From TPA_inf: Saccharomyces (lineage: Eukaryota), in contig BK006941.2 of NCBI GenBank assembly GCA_000146045.2, forward strand, positions 1,024,001 through 1,088,000: 64,000 nt of DNA. The letters are read 5' to 3'. The position numbers were made by a program, and so were the translations under genes. Position 1 is the stretch's first letter. Each line of letters opens with the position of its first letter. This document shows positions 1 through 10,700 of this stretch, piece after piece. The notes beneath the pieces were generated by a model that was given only the letters and a program-made list of their open reading frames with translations, was not told the DNA's origin and searched no databases.

Positions 1-761
1 GAGATGTAGAACTGTTGGATGATTTAAATGATCATTGGTGCGCGAGACATCATAAAAAAGAAAGAAACTACTTGATAATGAAATTGCAAGACATAGGTGC
101 TAAATATGGCGTCAGAATAACCATATTATCAGGCGATGTACATTTGGCATCTGTTGGGAGATTTAGGGCAAAAATTCATAGACACCATCTCATCATGTCT
201 GAGGAGAAGGAAAAGGAAAACACCAGAATTATTGAAGAACCAACGAAAGACGTAAGGCTGATTTTTAATATCATTGCTAGCGCCATAGTAAATACCCCAC
301 CGCCAGATGCAATGGCCACGCTATTGCAAAAAAGATGTCGCTTGCATCATTTCGATTTGGAAACGGATGAAGATGCCGTACCAATTTTTGCCAAGGAAGT
401 GGATGGAGTACATAAACGTAAAGAATCATGTTTCATGAACAAGAGAAACTGGTCAGATATTATACCTATAGAAAACCTGTTGAATAATCCCCAATTGAGT
501 AAAGAATTAGGCGTAAAGGTTGGTGATATAGTCATTCCTGGTATCATCACAGAACAGCAAAAGCTACAGAAATTGGAAAACGATGACCAAATTAACTCTT
601 ATCCAGTAACTTCTGGTGGCTTGTTTACCACCATTCATGTTGAAAGAGATGCAAATCAAACAAACTCACAAACTGTGAGCTACTGTTTACCCATTCCAGA
701 GTTAACAGTTACCTGCGAACGGTTGTCTCACAAGGGTATCAAACATCTGAATATCACATAG
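1..761 (+). CDS. C-terminal part of an uncharacterised membrane-associated protein (YGR266W); 5' end lies upstream of the window
   Basis: The ORF frame is open back to base 3 with no ATG start; the listed 15..761 ORF begins at a TTG. Assigned by position just upstream of FOL2 on chr VII-R and by my recollection of YGR266W. Confidence 0.55.
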   Translation, partial: DVELLDDLNDHWCARHHKKERNYLIMKLQDIGAKYGVRITILSGDVHLASVGRFRAKIHRHHLIMSEEKEKENTRIIEEPTKDVRLIFNIIASAIVNTPPPDAMATLLQKRCRLHHFDLETDEDAVPIFAKEVDGVHKRKESCFMNKRNWSDIIPIENLLNNPQLSKELGVKVGDIVIPGIITEQQKLQKLENDDQINSYPVTSGGLFTTIHVERDANQTNSQTVSYCLPIPELTVTCERLSHKGIKHLNIT

Positions 762-1003
762 TTTAGTTTTGTGATAATTACAGATTTTTATTTAGCAGTT
801 CAAACTTTTCTATTCATTACTAACGGACTGTCAAGTGCGATGCTGTACCGGAAGTAAATGTATATACTGATTGTTGAAAAAAAAAAAAGCTCAGTCGCGC
901 GTGGCCTTTCTCTATGGAGATTTCTCAAACGATATTAATCCTGTATATCTCTATTAATTTAGTTAATACATACACGATATATCGTCGCTTTTATTTTTTT
1001 TTT

Positions 1004-1735
1004 TCAAATACTTCTTCTTCCTAAAAGAGTTAAAAACTCTTCTCTTGTTTTATGAGCCCTAAACCCTCCAAGCATACAAGAAGTTACCGTAGAAGATCCC
1101 GTTTTTTGAATGCCTCTTGAAACCATGCACATATGAGAAGCTTCCATAACAACGGCTACACCTAATGGTTTTAGAATATCACTTAGGGCCATTGCAATTT
1201 GCTTTGTAAGTCTTTCTTGAACTTGGAGCCTTCTCGCATACATTTCTGCCAATCTGGCCAACTTACTTAACCCGATGACTTTTTTATTTGGTATATACCC
1301 GATATGAACCTTGCCGAAAAATGGCACCAAATGATGTTCACATAACGAGTAAATTTCAATATCACGAACAATAACCATTTCATCATGATCTTCTTCAAAG
1401 ACAGCATTCTTAATGACATCGTCCATAATGTTCGTTTGGTAACCTTTAGTGAAATAAAGCATGGCTTTAGCGTATCTTTGTGGAGTATCTAGTAGACCTT
1501 CTCTGTTGACATCTTCACCCAGTTCGGTCAAAATTGTCTTGATAGCGCCTGAAATGCGTTGAATTCGTTCCTTTTCCTCCTCTTCAGTTTCCTCTGCACG
1601 TTGTCTTGTACCCACACTTGGCCAAGAAAACCCATCTCTCTCGACAGGAGGGTTTAAAGTGTATGGAGAGGTAGGTCTAATGTTTAACGGGGTTTCATGT
1701 CTTTCTATCTCTTGCACTAATTGGATGTTATGCAT
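1004..1735 (-). CDS. FOL2: GTP cyclohydrolase I (folate biosynthesis)
   Basis: The 261-aa ORF 1004..1789 contains the FOL2 protein starting at the internal [14 protein letters not shown]... (243 aa). It has a conserved GTP cyclohydrolase I C-terminal half ([16 protein letters not shown]). The 18-codon in-frame upstream extension is not part of the annotated protein. Confidence 0.85.
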
Positions 1736-2056
1736 TTTGGGATGATTGAAAGTATTGGTTCTAACAAAAAATGAGTCACGCACGCACAATCACGATTGAG
1801 GATGGAGTCGTATAATATTTTATGAACGGATGCTATATCGATCAGACGGTTGGCACCGTAAAAATAAATGAAAGAAGTTAAAGAAGGGCAAATCAGTCGG
1901 ATTATGTGATAAGTATGTAATAGACATGTTTGAAAATTAGGAGCATTAAAATATGCTTTTCATCCTACAGTTGTTCGGTCTTTTTTCTTTTCGGTGAGCG
2001 ACACAGCTTTTCTACTAAGGCCGTACCGGGTCATCCAAATCCTAAATTTTCATGCG

Positions 2057-2653
2057 CTAATAGCGTTGAGGCTGGGTGATAATTCTGCCTACACCATGAC
2101 AAAGAGGACATATATCTTCGTCCAACAGGAATCTGGTGCGTCCGGACCCTCTGCATTCACCACATAGCACGCCACCCAGGCGAGGATCCCCTGGTTGAAC
2201 GTACAAGGGCCTATTACCCTGCCATGCGTTGGTGTACACGGGCATTGTATAGTTTGTGTAATATGTCGGTGCAGAAACAACGTTATTTTGAGGTGCAAAC
2301 CTCCTCCAACACGACTTGCAAGATCGTCCATTCTTCAACTTGTAACCCGTATTTCCACACTTGGAACAGTAAAACCTGGGAGGGTATGTCCAGGGCAAGC
2401 TAGGATTCTGTTGTGGCCTCGGTGGAGGCCGTGGTTGGGAACTTGTAGGCGTATAAGAGTGTGAGTGAGCATATGTTTGGGATGAGGACGTTGCTGGCAT
2501 TGTCGAGGGCCTTTGGTGGGGTCTTGATTGGTGCCCTTGCGCCAAGTTAGCTGCTGGTCTTGGTGGTCGTGGCGGTTGAGATTGCAATCTCTCCTCTTCC
2601 TTGATTACGTCCTCGTAGCTCGGCAGTTCATCATCATGCGTGTCTTTAGACAT
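2057..2653 (-). CDS. HUA1: Proline-rich protein with Cys-cluster (zinc-finger-like) C-terminus, linked to actin patch assembly
   Basis: 198-aa ORF with PPRPPRP and LPSYEDV motifs, plus Cys clusters CSKCGNTGY...CKSCW and CGECRGSG...CPLCHGVG. Size and position match YGR268C. Confidence 0.8.
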
Positions 2654-3369
2654 AACAGTATGGTTTATACTCGTTTTATGGGTATTTTTTGGGACTGCTT
2701 AGTTCTTGACTTGAAGCCTCTTTATTCCCTTGATGGAAGTGTCACTATTAAAGATGGAGGCGGAGGCTATACCGTAGAAAATGATATGTTTGTATGTTCT
2801 GCTCTCTTCCCTCTATTAAAAGGGGGAAAGAGAAAAATAAATGGAAAAAAGCGATTAAGCCATAGGGAAAACACTCTTGTGGTGGCAAAGCATCAGATAG
2901 GCAGGCAGGAGGAAATGGCAGTGAAGTGTCAAACCAAGCATACTTTCACTGGATTGATTTGAAAGTTAATGCTGAGTTTGAGATGTTTTAAAGAGGAACT
3001 GTGGTGATCGGTTATTTCTATTCGCTTTTGTGTGCGTCTTTTCATCGTTTGCAGCTGAACTTGTTGAGGCATTAGCCGCTGAGGAATTTTTTTCTGCCTC
3101 TATAAACTTGTTTATTATCACTAAAAACGTACCGTCTGTTATTTTGTACGGCCATGTGTGCGAAAAAGGACAAAGTGGTAGCGAAAGAGCAATATTGGGA
3201 CGAAAAGGAGCAGAAAAGGAACTGCGTAGGGTCTTAAATAAAGCAAAACGTCTGAAGGATCTTGCGTACTCCTTACTAACCCATTGTTGTTTTCGACAGT
3301 CATAAAAAGAAGTTACCACGGTCTATTTCTCTCTTCTCGCTATTTATTCACAATTGGTGCAGAAAGAAC

Positions 3370-6300
3370 ATGGCACGAAATTTAAGGAATAGACGCGGTA
3401 GCGACGTTGAAGATGCAAGCAACGCAAAGGTTGGGTATGAAACACAGATTAAAGACGAAAATGGCATAATCCATACAACAACTCGCTCTTTGAGAAAAAT
3501 AAACTACGCAGAAATTGAGAAAGTGTTTGATTTTTTGGAAGATGACCAGGTCATGGACAAAGATGAGACGCCCGTTGATGTTACTAGTGATGAACATCAT
3601 AACAACAACCAGAAAGGCGATGATGAAGACGATGATGTTGATCTTGTATCACCGCACGAAAACGCCAGAACGAACGAAGAGCTTACTAATGAAAGGAACT
3701 TGAGAAAAAGAAAAGCGCATGATCCAGAAGAAGATGACGAAAGTTTTCATGAGGAAGATGTCGACGATGATGAAGAGGAGGAAGAAGCAGACGAATTTGA
3801 AGATGAGTATTTGGATGAAGACTCGAAGGATAACAACCGTCGGCGCAGAGCGGCCGATAGGAAATTTGTAGTACCAGACCCTGATGACGATGAAGAATAC
3901 GATGAGGATGACGAAGAAGGAGACAGAATAAGCCATTCGGCTTCTTCTAAACGTTTGAAAAGGGCAAATTCTCGAAGAACAAGATCGTCACGTCACCCAG
4001 AAACTCCACCACCGGTAAGAAGAGCTTTAAGAAGTAGGACAAGACATTCGCGTACTTCAAATGAAGAAAATGACGATGAGAATGATAATAGCAGGAATGA
4101 AGCGTTAACTTTAGCTGATGAAATTAGAGAGTTACAGGAAGATAGTCCTATCAGGGAAAAAAGATTTCTTCGCGAAAGAACTAAGCCGGTAAATTACAAA
4201 TTACCACCACCACTAACTGCTAGCAACGCAGAAGAATTTATAGATAAGAATAACAATGCACTTTCTTTTCATAACCCATCACCTGCACGGCGTGGTCGCG
4301 GTGGTTGGAATGCTAGTCAAAATTCTGGTCCCACAAGAAGGCTTTTTCCCACTGGTGGACCTTTTGGTGGCAATGACGTAACTACAATATTTGGTAAGAA
4401 TACTAATTTTTACAACCAAGTCCCATCTGCATTCAGTGATAATAACAACAATAAATTAATACTGGATTCAGACTCTTCCGATGATGAGATATTACCTCTT
4501 GGCGTGACACCGAAAACAAAGAAAGAGAACACGCAAAAAAAGAAGAAGAAAAAACCAGAAATTGCAGACCTCGATCCATTAGGCGTAGACATGAATGTAA
4601 ATTTTGACGATATAGGTGGTTTAGACAACTACATTGACCAATTAAAGGAAATGGTGGCCTTACCACTATTATACCCAGAATTGTATCAAAATTTTAATAT
4701 CACGCCCCCAAGGGGTGTTCTTTTCCATGGTCCTCCTGGTACGGGTAAAACACTTATGGCAAGAGCGTTAGCAGCAAGTTGTTCTTCTGATGAAAGGAAG
4801 ATCACATTTTTTATGCGTAAAGGTGCAGATATTTTATCCAAGTGGGTTGGTGAAGCTGAAAGACAACTCCGTTTGTTATTCGAAGAAGCTAAAAAACATC
4901 AACCTTCCATCATTTTTTTTGATGAAATCGACGGATTAGCGCCTGTGAGAAGTTCCAAACAAGAACAGATCCATGCTAGTATTGTTTCCACATTATTAGC
5001 GCTGATGGATGGTATGGACAATAGAGGCCAAGTCATTGTCATCGGAGCCACAAATCGACCCGATGCAGTGGATCCCGCATTAAGAAGGCCGGGAAGATTT
5101 GATAGAGAATTTTATTTTCCATTACCTGATGTTAAAGCACGTTTTAAAATTTTGCAAATTCAGACCAGGAAATGGAGTTCACCGTTGTCAACCAACTTCA
5201 TTGATAAATTGGCTTTTTTGACCAAAGGATATGGTGGTGCTGATCTGAGGTCCCTATGCACTGAGGCTGCACTAATAAGTATACAAAGAAGCTTTCCTCA
5301 AATTTATAGGTCAAATGATAAACTCTTGGTGGACCCTTCTAAGATTAAAGTCAAAGTTAGCGATTTCATGTTAGCTTTGAAAAAAATTGTTCCGTCATCT
5401 GCGAGATCTACTGGTAGTTCTCCTCAGCCACTACCTGAATTAATCAAACCATTACTGGCAGATCAACTTAATAATTTAAAGAACAAGCTGGATTATATGC
5501 TGAACATTAAAGACACAACTTTTCAGAGAAACACATCATTGCTACAAAATTTCATCGATTATGAAGAATACAGTGGAGAGGAAGAAGAGCATGACAAATA
5601 TGGAGGAAATGAAGATACATCCAGTTTTAGATCATATGAGTTTTTCGAATCGATGGCGGAATCACAAATTTGTAAACCTCGGTTATTAATAAATGGGCCC
5701 AAGGGAAATGGTCAACAATATGTCGGAGCCGCAATTTTAAATTATTTAGAAGAATTCAACGTCCAAAACCTGGACCTTGCCTCTTTGGTTTCGGAAAGTT
5801 CTAGGACTATTGAAGCTGCTGTAGTGCAAAGTTTTATGGAAGCAAAGAAAAGACAGCCCTCAGTTGTATTTATTCCTAATTTAGACATTTGGATCAACAC
5901 TATTCCAGAAAACGTTATTTTAGTCTTATCAGGTTTGTTCAGATCTTTACAAAGCAATGAAAAAATTCTTCTATTATGCTTAGCTGAAAATCTTGATATA
6001 TCTGAAGTTAAAAATGGTATTTTATCTGATTTTGCTTTTGATAAAAATATCTTTCAACTGCATAAACCATCCAAAGAGAATATAACGAGGTATTTTTCTA
6101 ATTTAATTGAACTACTGAAAACAAAGCCAAGTGATATTCCCATGAAAAAGAGAAGAGTCAAACCGTTACCTGAATTACAAAAAGTAACTTCAAACGCAGC
6201 TCCAACAAATTTTGATGAAAATGGTGAGCCACTGTCTGAAAAAGTGGTATTAAGAAGGAAGTTGAAATCTTTTCAACACCAAGATATGAGATTGAAAAAT

Positions 6301-7509
6301 GTGTTAAAAATCAAACTCTCAGGCTTGATGGATCTTTTTAAAAACAGATATAAAAGGTTTAGAAAACCACCTATTGATGATGCCTTCTTGGTTCATCTTT
6401 TCGAACCAGAGACAAGCAATGATCCCAATTGGCAACCTGCATATATAAAAGATGAGAACATGATTCTGGAGGTTTCAACAGGGCGAAAGTTTTTTAACAT
6501 GGATTTGGATATTGTCGAAGAGAGACTTTGGAATGGCTATTACTCAGAACCAAAACAGTTTTTAAAAGACATTGAACTGATATACAGGGATGCAAATACC
6601 ATTGGGGACAGAGAACGTGTCATTAAGGCCTCTGAGATGTTTGCCAACGCGCAAATGGGTATCGAAGAAATTTCAACCCCGGATTTTATTCAAGAGTGTA
6701 AAGCTACTCGCCAAAGGGATTTGGAAAGGCAGGAACTTTTCTTAGAAGATGAAGAGAAAAGAGCTGCAATGGAATTAGAAGCCAAAGAACAGAGTCAAGA
6801 AAATATACTGCAAGAACCTGATTTAAAGGATAACAAGGCTAATGAGTTTGGTGTAGCTGCTGGTAATCAATTGCAAGCTCAGCTGCAAACAACTATCAAT
6901 ACAGCCTCTATCGTTAATAACAGCGAGGTCCCTCAACCAATTGATACCAACCTGTATAAAAAGGAGATTCCTGCGGCAATTCCCTCTGCAGTAGATAAAG
7001 AAAAAGCGGTCATCCCTGAGGATAGCGGTGCAAATGAAGAATACACAACGGAACTGATACAGGCCACTTGCACGTCAGAGATAACCACCGATGATGATGA
7101 AAGGGCCAGAAAAGAACCAAAAGAGAATGAAGACTCTTTGCAAACGCAGGTTACGGAAGAAAACTTCAGCAAAATAGACGCTAATACTAATAATATAAAT
7201 CACGTAAAGGAAATTCAATCGGTTAACAAACCAAATTCCCTCCACGAAACGGTAGAAAAAAGGGAACGAAGTCCGATACCAAAAGAGGTTGTGGAACCGG
7301 AGCAAGGGAAGAAGAGCGACAAGGAGCTTATTTTGACGCCCGAACAAATAAAAAAAGTATCTGCATGCTTAATCGAACACTGTCAGAATTTTACGGTTTC
7401 TCAATTAGAAGATGTTCATTCGTCCGTTGCAAAAATAATATGGAAAAGTAAATCAGCATGGGATAAAACAGGAACTGTCGATGAAATAATAAAATTTTTA
7501 TCTGAATAA
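3370..7509 (+). CDS. YTA7: Chromatin-associated AAA-ATPase with a long acidic N-terminal region and a C-terminal bromodomain-like region
   Basis: 1379-aa ORF. Walker A GPPGTGKT (~nt 4726-4750), Walker B IIFFDEID, and a second degenerate AAA module. Asp/Glu-rich block at residues ~84-190. Confidence 0.93.
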   Translation: MARNLRNRRGSDVEDASNAKVGYETQIKDENGIIHTTTRSLRKINYAEIEKVFDFLEDDQVMDKDETPVDVTSDEHHNNNQKGDDEDDDVDLVSPHENARTNEELTNERNLRKRKAHDPEEDDESFHEEDVDDDEEEEEADEFEDEYLDEDSKDNNRRRRAADRKFVVPDPDDDEEYDEDDEEGDRISHSASSKRLKRANSRRTRSSRHPETPPPVRRALRSRTRHSRTSNEENDDENDNSRNEALTLADEIRELQEDSPIREKRFLRERTKPVNYKLPPPLTASNAEEFIDKNNNALSFHNPSPARRGRGGWNASQNSGPTRRLFPTGGPFGGNDVTTIFGKNTNFYNQVPSAFSDNNNNKLILDSDSSDDEILPLGVTPKTKKENTQKKKKKKPEIADLDPLGVDMNVNFDDIGGLDNYIDQLKEMVALPLLYPELYQNFNITPPRGVLFHGPPGTGKTLMARALAASCSSDERKITFFMRKGADILSKWVGEAERQLRLLFEEAKKHQPSIIFFDEIDGLAPVRSSKQEQIHASIVSTLLALMDGMDNRGQVIVIGATNRPDAVDPALRRPGRFDREFYFPLPDVKARFKILQIQTRKWSSPLSTNFIDKLAFLTKGYGGADLRSLCTEAALISIQRSFPQIYRSNDKLLVDPSKIKVKVSDFMLALKKIVPSSARSTGSSPQPLPELIKPLLADQLNNLKNKLDYMLNIKDTTFQRNTSLLQNFIDYEEYSGEEEEHDKYGGNEDTSSFRSYEFFESMAESQICKPRLLINGPKGNGQQYVGAAILNYLEEFNVQNLDLASLVSESSRTIEAAVVQSFMEAKKRQPSVVFIPNLDIWINTIPENVILVLSGLFRSLQSNEKILLLCLAENLDISEVKNGILSDFAFDKNIFQLHKPSKENITRYFSNLIELLKTKPSDIPMKKRRVKPLPELQKVTSNAAPTNFDENGEPLSEKVVLRRKLKSFQHQDMRLKNVLKIKLSGLMDLFKNRYKRFRKPPIDDAFLVHLFEPETSNDPNWQPAYIKDENMILEVSTGRKFFNMDLDIVEERLWNGYYSEPKQFLKDIELIYRDANTIGDRERVIKASEMFANAQMGIEEISTPDFIQECKATRQRDLERQELFLEDEEKRAAMELEAKEQSQENILQEPDLKDNKANEFGVAAGNQLQAQLQTTINTASIVNNSEVPQPIDTNLYKKEIPAAIPSAVDKEKAVIPEDSGANEEYTTELIQATCTSEITTDDDERARKEPKENEDSLQTQVTEENFSKIDANTNNINHVKEIQSVNKPNSLHETVEKRERSPIPKEVVEPEQGKKSDKELILTPEQIKKVSACLIEHCQNFTVSQLEDVHSSVAKIIWKSKSAWDKTGTVDEIIKFLSE

Positions 7510-7790
7510 GCAGGAGTCCATAATGTTTATATAATTCTTAAATGTAGTTAGTTCATATACATGAATGTGCACTTTTCTTGAAAAGAAATAGATTTAAAAC
7601 CACACCTTGTATATATATTATGCTTTTTTCCACTACTTTATTTTAACAGTCACTGTTCTGGCATACGTTTCGGGTAATGACCGAGAATGGAATATGTATT
7701 GAACATATTGAAATTAAACATGTTCATAATATCTTCTAACACCATTGGAATTGTGAGAAGTAGATCCGTACCATCAATAGCCGGCTCAAG

Positions 7791-10700
7791 ATGTCAACTG
7801 AATACTCTGCTGATTCATCTAAATCATTTATGATTGCAATGCAATCTATGATTGATACTTCACAAACCTTTAATCTAGATAGATCGAAAATCTCTTTACC
7901 AGATTTTGATGACGAGCTAAAAAAAGTCCAAAAGGATGAACAAAATCAAAGAACTGAACTAACTGTTCTCTCACAAGATAGAAATGATTGGGATGATATA
8001 TTTGAGGAGTTTAAAGACATTTCATTTGCTCAACTGCAATCTATAATTGATTCATACAAAACAAAGAATGCAGTTGCAGTATATAAAAAAATTGGAAAAC
8101 TAATCAATGAAGCTGAAACGACACTAAGCAGCAATGTATTATTAGAAACTGTACTGCAAATGGTTTATAAACATCAAAAGCAAGAGTTAGAGAAAGAATT
8201 GTTGGATTTTTTAGGAACAGGGAATATAGACCTTGTTTCTCTGTTACTTCAGCATAGAAGAATGATCGTTGCTACACCTATAGAAACGACGATTCTGCTA
8301 ATAAAAAATGCGGTCAATTCAACGCCAGAGTTCCTGACACAGCAAGATATCAGGAATCAAGTTTTGAAAAGTGCAGAGGATGCCAAGAATAGGAAATTAA
8401 ATCCCGCCACTAAAATAATCAAGTACCCACACGTCTTCAGAAAATATGAAGCAGGATCCACTACAGCTATGGCCTTTGCCGGTCAAAAATTCACTTTGCC
8501 AGTAGGGACTACAAGGATGTCGTACAATACCCATGAAGAAATTATAATTCCGGCAGCAGATCAGGCATCCAACAAGAACTATCTCTATACAAAACTATTG
8601 AAAATAAGTGATTTGGATCATTTTTGCAAGACTGTATTTCCCTATGAAACTTTAAACCAAATACAATCCCTTGTTTACCCCGTAGCTTATAAAACAAATG
8701 AAAATATGCTAATTTGTGCACCTACTGGTGCAGGTAAAACAGACATTGCATTACTGACAATAATTAATACAATAAAACAATTCTCCGTGGTCAACGGGGA
8801 AAATGAAATTGATATTCAATATGATGATTTTAAAGTTATTTATGTTGCCCCTTTGAAAGCACTCGCTGCTGAAATCGTCGACAAGTTTAGTAAGAAATTG
8901 GCGCCTTTTAATATACAAGTAAGGGAGTTAACAGGCGATATGCAATTGACAAAGGCGGAAATTTTAGCCACTCAAGTAATAGTCACAACCCCTGAGAAAT
9001 GGGACGTTGTCACCCGTAAAGCAAACGGCGACAACGATTTGGTTTCAAAGGTCAAATTACTAATTATTGATGAAGTTCATTTACTGCACGAAGATAGAGG
9101 TTCGGTTATTGAAACTTTAGTTGCACGTACCTTGAGACAGGTAGAAAGCTCTCAATCAATGATTCGTATTATCGGTCTATCAGCTACATTACCCAATTTT
9201 ATGGATGTAGCAGATTTCTTAGGAGTAAATAGACAGATCGGAATGTTCTATTTTGATCAATCATTCCGTCCAAAGCCTCTAGAGCAGCAACTTTTGGGCT
9301 GTAGAGGTAAGGCAGGTAGTAGACAAAGTAAAGAGAATATCGATAAAGTCGCTTACGACAAATTGAGTGAAATGATTCAAAGAGGGTACCAGGTAATGGT
9401 ATTTGTCCACTCAAGAAAGGAAACTGTTAAAAGTGCAAGAAACTTTATCAAACTAGCAGAATCTAACCACGAAGTTGACCTTTTTGCACCTGACCCTATC
9501 GAAAAGGATAAATATTCTAGAAGTTTAGTGAAGAACAGAGACAAGGATATGAAGGAGATTTTTCAATTTGGTTTTGGTATCCATCATGCTGGTATGGCCC
9601 GTTCAGATAGAAATCTTACTGAAAAAATGTTTAAAGACGGTGCTATCAAGGTACTGTGTTGTACTGCAACATTAGCATGGGGTGTTAATTTACCTGCTGA
9701 TTGTGTTATCATCAAGGGTACACAAGTATATGATTCTAAAAAGGGTGGATTCATAGATCTAGGTATTTCAGATGTTATTCAGATTTTTGGCAGGGGTGGT
9801 AGGCCGGGCTTCGGTTCCGCAAATGGTACGGGTATTTTATGTACTTCCAATGATCGTCTGGATCATTATGTTTCCTTAATTACTCAACAACACCCTATCG
9901 AATCTAGATTCGGTTCCAAGTTGGTTGATAACCTGAACGCCGAAATTTCATTGGGGAGCGTGACAAATGTAGATGAAGCAATCGAATGGCTTGGTTACAC
10001 ATACATGTTTGTTCGTATGAGAAAAAATCCTTTTACTTACGGTATTGATTGGGAGGAAATTGCAAATGACCCGCAATTATATGAACGGAGGAGAAAAATG
10101 ATCGTAGTAGCTGCAAGGCGATTACATGCTCTCCAAATGATTGTGTTCGATGAAGTGTCAATGCATTTCATTGCAAAGGATTTGGGCAGGGTGTCCTCTG
10201 ATTTTTATCTTTTGAACGAATCCGTCGAGATATTCAATCAAATGTGTGATCCCAGAGCCACCGAAGCTGATGTATTGTCCATGATCAGTATGAGCAGTGA
10301 ATTTGACGGTATAAAATTTAGAGAAGAAGAATCCAAGGAGTTGAAGAGACTTTCTGATGAATCTGTTGAGTGCCAGATTGGAAGCCAACTTGACACCCCT
10401 CAAGGTAAAGCAAACGTGCTATTACAGGCTTATATTTCCCAGACTAGAATTTTTGACTCAGCACTATCATCCGATTCGAATTATGTTGCTCAGAACTCTG
10501 TTAGAATTTGTAGAGCATTGTTTTTAATAGGTGTCAATAGAAGATGGGGTAAATTTTCAAACGTCATGCTAAATATTTGCAAATCTATTGAAAAGAGGCT
10601 CTGGGCCTTTGATCACCCTCTCTGTCAGTTTGATTTGCCTGAAAATATTATCAGACGCATCAGAGATACTAAACCTTCCATGGAGCATCTTTTAGAATTA

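Noticed and set aside
2528-2962. 144-aa plus-strand ORF upstream of and overlapping HUA1 (YGR269W-like)
   Set aside because: It overlaps the HUA1 start and promoter, and I recognise no domain. It is treated as dubious rather than reported as a gene.
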